Source: Archaeoglobus sp. JdFR-37 (GTDB taxonomy: Archaea; Halobacteriota; Archaeoglobi; Archaeoglobales; Archaeoglobaceae). From it: 64,000 nt of DNA. The stretch lies in contig MTMY01000003.1 of NCBI GenBank assembly GCA_002010215.1, positions 62,001-126,000 of the forward strand, read 5' to 3'. The notes beneath the pieces are model-generated. The model made no database searches. It saw only the letters and a list, made by a program, of their open reading frames with translations, and was not told where the DNA came from. A program made the translations under genes and the position numbers. This document shows, in pieces, positions 57,886 through 64,000 of the stretch. Positions within the stretch are counted from its first letter, which is position 1. Every line of letters begins with the position of its first letter.

Positions 57886-59025
57886 TCATGCATAGGCTGT
57901 TTCACCATGCTGGGAAACGTCCAGCCCTACGTACTCCTCTTCCTCGCTTACTCTCAATCCAATCAGAACATCCACGAACTTTGCTATGGCAAATGTCACA
58001 ATGAAGGCATAAGCAATGGATGTAACCACTGCTATCAGCTGAGACACTAGAAGATGCACATTTCCTGAAATTAGACCAGTCTCACCAAAAATTCCAAGAG
58101 CTATGCTACCCCAAGCTCCTCCAACACCATGTATTGCCCAAGCATCCAAGCTCTCATCAAGCCTTGCCTGTATCCTGAAGAGCATGGCCTTGTAGCATAT
58201 CAGTCCTGACACAACTCCTATTACAAGGGCTGAAGGAATGTCAACGAAGCCAGCTGCTGGCGTTATAGCGGCAAGACCTGCGATGGCCCCAGTTACTATG
58301 CTCAGCGATCCTGGCCTTCCATTGTGCCACGAAAGCACCATCCAGACAAAAGCTCCGGCTGCTGCTGCGGTATTGGTGACTATGATGGCCCTCACAGCCG
58401 TTTCGTTGACGGCTAAAGCACTTCCCCCATTGAATCCAAACCAGCCAAACCAGAGGAGAGCTGCTCCAAGCAACGTCATGGGTATGTTGTGAGGCTCTAT
58501 GCTATGCTCTCCGAAGCCCCTCCTTGCCCCCAGAGCAATTGCTAGGGCTAAGGCACCGAAGCCTGAGCTAACATGAACAACAATGCCTCCGGCGAAGTCC
58601 AAAGCCCCAAGCTTCGCCAGCCAGCCGTTGCCCCAAAGCCAGTGAGCGAAGGGGTCGTAAACGAGAGTCGTCCAGAGCAGTCCGAATACGACGAAGGCTG
58701 AGAGCTTCATTCTCTCTGCTGCAGCACTCGTTATGATTGCCAGCGTTATGGCTGCAAAGGTGAGCTGATAGATGGCAAAGATGTCTGTGGGCATCATTCC
58801 GCCGATGCCAATTATGCCGCCTACATCGTCACCAAAGGACAGGTTGTACCCTGCCAGAACCCACTGAAGGCTCACCAGTACGTAAGCGATGAATGAAAGC
58901 GTAATCATATAAATGGCATTCTTTTTTCTGACCATGCCTCCGTAAAACAATCCCACGCCGGGAGTCATCAGCATAACTAAGGCCGTTGCCACCATCAGCC
59001 ATGCTGTATCAACTTCACTCACCAT
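57886..59025 (-). CDS. amtB: Ammonium transporter
   Basis: [20 protein letters not shown] and AIHGVGG twin-His motifs, upstream of glnK. Confidence 0.96.
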   Translation of the reverse strand: MVSEVDTAWLMVATALVMLMTPGVGLFYGGMVRKKNAIYMITLSFIAYVLVSLQWVLAGYNLSFGDDVGGIIGIGGMMPTDIFAIYQLTFAAITLAIITSAAAERMKLSAFVVFGLLWTTLVYDPFAHWLWGNGWLAKLGALDFAGGIVVHVSSGFGALALAIALGARRGFGEHSIEPHNIPMTLLGAALLWFGWFGFNGGSALAVNETAVRAIIVTNTAAAAGAFVWMVLSWHNGRPGSLSIVTGAIAGLAAITPAAGFVDIPSALVIGVVSGLICYKAMLFRIQARLDESLDAWAIHGVGGAWGSIALGIFGETGLISGNVHLLVSQLIAVVTSIAYAFIVTFAIAKFVDVLIGLRVSEEEEYVGLDVSQHGETAYA

Positions 59026-59242
59026 TTAATCACCCAAAACTGGCCCAGAGAATCAATTTTTAAGGTTTTTTAATAAAATGTCATAAGATTTCATAAATTT
59101 TTCATGGTTTGGCCTATTACTTACAATTATTTTCAGTTTAAAATCAGGTTGATGAAAAACTTCTTAATAAATGAAAGTGTTTCTGTTAATTTTCCAAACA
59201 AAAGCAGATAACTTTAAGATTCTACCACGCATCCCACTCTTA

Positions 59243-59512
59243 ATGGTGAAGGTTAAGCTCTTCGCAAACTTCAGGGAAGTGACAGGTAATAGGGAGATTG
59301 ATGTTGATGCAGCGGATGTTGAAGACCTCCTCAAAAAGCTGAGTAGCATGTATGAGGGACTGAAAGAGCTCATTTACGATGAGAATGGGGAAGTGAAGGA
59401 TTACGTCCAGATCATGGTGAATGGAGTACATGTTAGAGGTCTGAACAGCCTGAGGACCAGGCTCAATGAGAATGACGTGGTTGCCATATTCCCTCCGGTT
59501 AGTGGTGGTTGA
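59243..59512 (+). CDS. MoaD/SAMP1-like sulfur carrier
   Basis: VKLFANFRE...FPPVSGG*. Start trimmed to ATG 59243. Confidence 0.9.
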   Translation: MVKVKLFANFREVTGNREIDVDAADVEDLLKKLSSMYEGLKELIYDENGEVKDYVQIMVNGVHVRGLNSLRTRLNENDVVAIFPPVSGG

Positions 59513-60697
59513 ATGAGGCTGTTCAAAGAGCTTTTGAGTGTAGATGAGGCAAAAAAAATTTTCCTGAGCAAAATAAAATCATTCGGAGAAACCGATAAGG
59601 ATGTGGAAAAAATAAGGATCTCTGAAGCTCTCTCCAGAGTAGCTGCATCTGATGTGGCATCATCAGTTGACATCCCCCACTACGACAGAGCTGCCATGGA
59701 TGGGTTTGCTGTTGTGTCAGAGGCGACAAAAGGTGCATCTCCATCCAATCCTGTTTTGATGAAGCTCGGAACCCATGTGGATGAAGAGACGTGTGTATGG
59801 GTACATACTGGAGATGCGATGCCAGAAGGCGGCGATGCAGTTGTTAAGGCTGAGGATGCCGAGGTGGTTGGGGAGTACGTTGAGGTATTCAGACCCGTAA
59901 GGAAGTACGAGAATGTCGGCAGGAGAGGGGAGGACGTTAAAAGGGGCGATGTACTCATCAGGAAAGGAGACATCATGAAGCCTGCCCACGTTGCTATCTT
60001 GAGAAGTGCAGGGATTGAGGAGGTTGAGGTTTTCAGAAAGCCATGCATCTTTGTTCTTCCAACCGGAGACGAGCTTTTACCTCCAGGCGAAGAGCTGAAG
60101 CCGGGGAAGGTTTACGAATCCAATGGAATAATGGTTTCCAGCTACGTCACCCAGTGGGGAGGTATTGCTGAGCTCCACCCGCTGGTAGGAGATGATGCGG
60201 ATGAGATTGCCGAGGTTATCGAGGAAGCCGGAGGGGATCTGATTATCACCACAGGCGGTACAAGTGTCGGCAAGCGTGACTACATGTTGGACGTGCTATC
60301 AAAACACGAACTCCTTTTTAGGGGCATCGCACTGAGGCCGGGAAAGCCGACTTTGGCAGGCATCGTAAATGAAAAGCCGGTTTTATCCCTGCCAGGATTT
60401 CCGACAGCATGTATAGCCGTCATGCACATATTGCTTAAACCTGCAATGGAAAAAATGCTTTCCACAAAGTTTGGTGTAAGTCTAAAAGTGAGACTGCTTG
60501 AAAATGTTACATCAAAAATTGGCTTTACATCCTTTGTCAGGGTAAAGATTGATTTTGAGGCCATGACTGCTTTGCCAATCGCCACCTCAGGTTCAGGAAT
60601 CCTCAGCAGCGTCACTGCTGCAGATGGTTACATCCTGATTCCGGAGAACGTAGAGGGGTTTGAAAGAGGTGAACGGGTTACAGCTTATCTTTTCTAA
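59513..60697 (+). CDS. moeA: Molybdopterin molybdotransferase
   Basis: RAAMDGFAV, TGDEL, TTGGTSVG, RPGKP. Confidence 0.93.
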   Translation: MRLFKELLSVDEAKKIFLSKIKSFGETDKDVEKIRISEALSRVAASDVASSVDIPHYDRAAMDGFAVVSEATKGASPSNPVLMKLGTHVDEETCVWVHTGDAMPEGGDAVVKAEDAEVVGEYVEVFRPVRKYENVGRRGEDVKRGDVLIRKGDIMKPAHVAILRSAGIEEVEVFRKPCIFVLPTGDELLPPGEELKPGKVYESNGIMVSSYVTQWGGIAELHPLVGDDADEIAEVIEEAGGDLIITTGGTSVGKRDYMLDVLSKHELLFRGIALRPGKPTLAGIVNEKPVLSLPGFPTACIAVMHILLKPAMEKMLSTKFGVSLKVRLLENVTSKIGFTSFVRVKIDFEAMTALPIATSGSGILSSVTAADGYILIPENVEGFERGERVTAYLF

Positions 60698-60824
60698 ATT
60701 TCTGGTTGGAAATTCATAGAATATCAAAATAAAATAAAAAAAGAAAAGCTTAAATACATATCTCGGTTAAACTCCCCAGAATTCCTTTGCGAGTCCCTAT
60801 CCTCATTTTAAGAGGTGTGTGTGC

Positions 60825-61154
60825 ATGGAGAAGGCAGAGATACTCAGAAAAATAAAAGAAATTGAACAGAAGGTCGAGGAAGAAATAAAAGCGGCAGAGG
60901 AGGAAGCTAAGAAGAAAGTTTTTGCTGCCAGAGAAACAGCAAGACAGATTGTTGAAGATGCCGAGAAGGAGGCGGAGAAAATCAAAGCAGACATCCTAGA
61001 AAAAACCAAGGCTGAGCTGGAGAAGGAGAAGGAGAAAATAAGAGAGACCAGATTGAAGGAGATCAACAGTATTGTTTCTAAGGGTCAGGAAAGGATTGAC
61101 GAAGCTGTTGATTATCTCTACAAGGAATTCGTGAGGATGATGGAATATGCTTAA
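60825..61154 (+). CDS. atpH: A-type ATP synthase subunit H (peripheral stalk)
   Basis: Charged coiled-coil ORF, first in the H-I-K-E-C operon. Confidence 0.85.
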   Translation: MEKAEILRKIKEIEQKVEEEIKAAEEEAKKKVFAARETARQIVEDAEKEAEKIKADILEKTKAELEKEKEKIRETRLKEINSIVSKGQERIDEAVDYLYKEFVRMMEYA

Positions 61155-63063
61155 GCCTGTGGAGATGGTAAAGGTCTGTATTGTGGGCCCAAAAGATTAC
61201 TTCAAATCCACAGCCGAGACTCTTCACAGGCTTAATGTGCTTCACATCGAGGATTACAGCGGAGAGGAAGGGTACTTCCAGATTGGTGCACCGCTTGATG
61301 AGGCATCAAAACTATCACGTTTCGTGGTCACGCTTCGCTCTCTGCTCAGTTACGTAAAGCTGGATGGAGTATACGAACCTAAAAAAGTTTACAGCGTTTC
61401 TGAACTCAGCCAAGTGGCTGAAAGCAAGGTTTCAGAACTTGAGAGTATGATAACCTCTAAAATTGACGAGATAAGAGATATCGAGGATAGACTGAGGAGA
61501 ATTGCCGATGAAAAACGCCTGATTGAGCCGCTGATTGCCCTTGGCTTGCCCCCTGAATTGCTTTCTGGATACAAAAACATAACTGTTTTTGTAGGTTTCA
61601 TAAGAAGCGATCCGCTGGAGAGGATAATGGATGTAACCAAGGATTTTGAGAGATTTATAGCTGAATTTGAAAGAGAATATGTTGTGGCTGTTTTTGTCAA
61701 AAATGAGGCTGCAAATGATGTTTTGAGAGTTCTCCAGGAATTGGGGTGGAGAGAAATCAGTGTCCCGATCAAAGAAGGCAGTTTTCAGGATAAGCTTGTA
61801 GAACTGGATAGAGAAGAAGTGGAGCTCAGAGAAAAGCTGGAAAAGCTCAGGGCTGAAATTGAAGCTCTAGAGATGGAAAACCTCGATCTGATGCTTGCCC
61901 TTGAGGAACACTTAAGCATTGAACTTGAGAAATGCGAGCTTCCGTTGAAAGCTGCCACCAGCAAGTATGCATTCATAATTGTTGGATACGTCCCGAAGGA
62001 GAAATTTGAGACATTCAAACAGGAGACTGAGAAGAACAAAGTAGTTGTTCTCGAAACAAAAGATGATGTATGGAAGCCGCCAACAGCTTTCAAGAATCCT
62101 TCTGTTGCCAAACCCTTTGAGTTGCTGACAACATCATTCTCAATTCCAAAATACACGGAAGTTGACCCCACAACCGTCATGGCATTCTTCTTCCCAATAT
62201 TCTTTGGATTCATGTTGGGCGACATTGGATACGGTGTAATCCTGATTGGCCTGTCTCTCTGGCTCTCAAGAATCTTCAAAACAGAGGGCTGGCAAAGCCT
62301 TTTGAGAATCCTTCTGTATTCCGGCATATCCACAGTTATATTCGGTCTGGGCTTTGGAGAGTTCTTTGGATTCGAGCTATTCGGACATGAGAGCATTCTT
62401 GGTGGGGAATTCGAGCACTGGGAGCCTATATTGGGCAACAGGCTTTACGATGCGCCAAAACTGCTTGTGGTAACTCTGGCGGTAGCAGTAATCCACATGA
62501 GTCTGGGCTTCATTTTCGGAATCAGAAATGTTGCCAAAGAGCACGGTTGGAAACATGCCATTGAAGAGAAATTTAACTGGTTCATGGCGCTTATAAGCAT
62601 AGCATTTATCATCACGGGCTTCATAATGAATACGCTCGCTGGAATTCCCGTGTTCTCTTTGAATTTCGCCTACATCGCAGCTGTACCCCTGATATTGGCC
62701 TGGGCGGTGCTTACGGTGATGGGAGAAGGGCCGATGTTTCTGATAGAGTACCTCACGTTACTCAGCAACACCATAAGTTACGCTCGATTGCTGGCTGTTG
62801 GCTTGGCGAGCGTTGGCTTTGCAATAGCTTTCAACAAAATAGCCTTTGAAATGCTAATGCCTGCTGGTATAGTGGGCTTGATAGCCGGGATTATCATACT
62901 TGCCTTAGGACATTTCATAAACATACTTCTTGGCATACTCGATCCCGGCCTTCAGAGTTTGCGACTCCACTATGTGGAGTTCTTTGTGAAGTTCTTTGAA
63001 GGGGGTGGCATACGCTACAACCCCTTTGGTAGGATTAGAAAATACACAAAGGAGGAGGTGTAA
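61147..63063 (+). CDS. atpI: A-type ATP synthase subunit I (a)
   Basis: FGFMLGDIGYG, ISYARLLAVG and LRLHYVEFF motifs. Confidence 0.95.
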   Translation: MLKPVEMVKVCIVGPKDYFKSTAETLHRLNVLHIEDYSGEEGYFQIGAPLDEASKLSRFVVTLRSLLSYVKLDGVYEPKKVYSVSELSQVAESKVSELESMITSKIDEIRDIEDRLRRIADEKRLIEPLIALGLPPELLSGYKNITVFVGFIRSDPLERIMDVTKDFERFIAEFEREYVVAVFVKNEAANDVLRVLQELGWREISVPIKEGSFQDKLVELDREEVELREKLEKLRAEIEALEMENLDLMLALEEHLSIELEKCELPLKAATSKYAFIIVGYVPKEKFETFKQETEKNKVVVLETKDDVWKPPTAFKNPSVAKPFELLTTSFSIPKYTEVDPTTVMAFFFPIFFGFMLGDIGYGVILIGLSLWLSRIFKTEGWQSLLRILLYSGISTVIFGLGFGEFFGFELFGHESILGGEFEHWEPILGNRLYDAPKLLVVTLAVAVIHMSLGFIFGIRNVAKEHGWKHAIEEKFNWFMALISIAFIITGFIMNTLAGIPVFSLNFAYIAAVPLILAWAVLTVMGEGPMFLIEYLTLLSNTISYARLLAVGLASVGFAIAFNKIAFEMLMPAGIVGLIAGIIILALGHFINILLGILDPGLQSLRLHYVEFFVKFFEGGGIRYNPFGRIRKYTKEEV

Positions 63064-63066
63064 AAA

Positions 63067-63282
63067 ATGCCTGTAGAAGGTTTGGTAGCAATTGGTGCTG
63101 GTCTGGCTGTAGGATTGGCTGGAATAGGTGCTGGATTGGGTGAACAAGCAATCGGTGCTGCTGCAGTAGGAGCAATGGCAGAGGATCCAGAATTCTTCGG
63201 TAAAGGTCTGCTGATGACCGTTATACCGGAAACCATCGTCATATTCGGATTGGTCGTAGCGTTCCTGCTGATGTTCATCTAA
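63067..63282 (+). CDS. atpK: A-type ATP synthase subunit K (c), single hairpin
   Basis: Gly-rich helix and IPETIVIFG with the ion-binding Glu. Confidence 0.95.
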   Translation: MPVEGLVAIGAGLAVGLAGIGAGLGEQAIGAAAVGAMAEDPEFFGKGLLMTVIPETIVIFGLVVAFLLMFI

Positions 63283-63311
63283 CTTCATTTTATATTAAAA
63301 GGGTGACAGGA

Positions 63312-63863
63312 ATGCCTTTGGAACCAATAATTGAAGAGATCACAAGAAAGGGACAGCTAAGAGTTTCAGAGATTCGCAGTGAGGCTGAGAAAGAGGCAAG
63401 TCAGATAATTGAAGAAGCAAAGGAGAAAGCTGAAGAGTTGCTGAAAAAAGCGAGAGAAGAGGCTGAAAGAGAGTCAGAGAGATTGAGAAAGCAGGAAATA
63501 GCTGCGGTGAACCTGGAGCTTAAAAGAGAAGAACTCAACAAAAGAAAGGAAGTGCTTGATGAAGTATACAGCAGACTCATAGAGAGATTGAGAAACATGG
63601 ATGCAGAAGAAAGAAAGAAGATCCTGAGCAAAATTATCGAGAAATATGGCATGGATGGCTACAGAATTTACTCCAATAAAGAAGATGAAGAGCTTGTGAA
63701 AAAACTCACGAATATGGAGTACGCTGGTAACATCAATTGTGTTGGTGGGGTAATAATCGAGAGCCCCGATGGCAGCTTCAGAATAAATATGACATTTGAT
63801 GAGCTTGTTAAGGGAATATACGAGGGCAAGATGAAAGAGATTTCAGATATGCTTTTCAGGTGA
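63312..63863 (+). CDS. atpE: A-type ATP synthase subunit E
   Basis: Coiled coil plus GGVIIES.DG...TFD. Confidence 0.92.
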   Translation: MPLEPIIEEITRKGQLRVSEIRSEAEKEASQIIEEAKEKAEELLKKAREEAERESERLRKQEIAAVNLELKREELNKRKEVLDEVYSRLIERLRNMDAEERKKILSKIIEKYGMDGYRIYSNKEDEELVKKLTNMEYAGNINCVGGVIIESPDGSFRINMTFDELVKGIYEGKMKEISDMLFR

Positions 63864-63869
63864 AATTCC

Positions 63870-64000
63870 ATGGCGTTGCTAAGAAGAATTAGTACAAAGC
63901 CAGCTGAATGGGCATATATCGTTGCCAGAGTAAGGGTAATGAGCAGGAAGCTCATACCCAGAGAAGACTACAACAAGCTTCTGAACATGGACATCCATGA
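63870..64000 (+). CDS. atpC: A-type ATP synthase subunit C (N-terminal part, runs off the window edge)
   Basis: [41 protein letters not shown] after a GGTGA RBS. Confidence 0.88.
   Translation, partial: MALLRRISTKPAEWAYIVARVRVMSRKLIPREDYNKLLNMDIH

Noticed and set aside
59026..59242. NrpR operator (GGAA-N6-TTCC) upstream of amtB-glnK
   Set aside because: Motif not found; only weak TCAT repeats in AT-rich DNA.

Overview
This 64-kb window is gene-dense archaeal chromosome, most likely from the Archaeoglobaceae (inferred from form III RuBisCO, LonB, RadA, TBP, TFE, the A-type ATP synthase operon, tungsten AOR, archaeosortase A and multiheme cytochromes). It holds about 60 CDS, mostly housekeeping, plus one tRNA-Leu(UAA) and one single-hairpin H/ACA guide RNA absent from the ORF track. 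I saw no integrase, transposase, intein or CRISPR array. The strongest candidate for an undescribed system is an AT-rich block at 25.5-30.6 kb. It encodes an FAD oxidoreductase, an unannotated 20-aa peptide with its own RBS (MRKEEKVEETFKRVRLYFTA) and a UbiA-family prenyltransferase, converging on a KaiC-like ATPase / roadblock-like / FIST-like operon. My hypothesis, by inference only, is an archaeal prenylated-peptide (ComX-like) signalling or RiPP system. Other notable observations are: rps3ae apparently needing a non-AUG (ACG) start; a probable non-canonical start for ogg; a perfect TetR operator; a SAMP/MoaD with a masked C-terminal GG; an artA-psd-pssA operon; two stalked pentaheme lipoproteins; an Fe-S gene flanked by direct repeats; and a second, Cys-rich PriS-like primase-polymerase. 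All product calls rest on motif recognition by eye, not on database searches.
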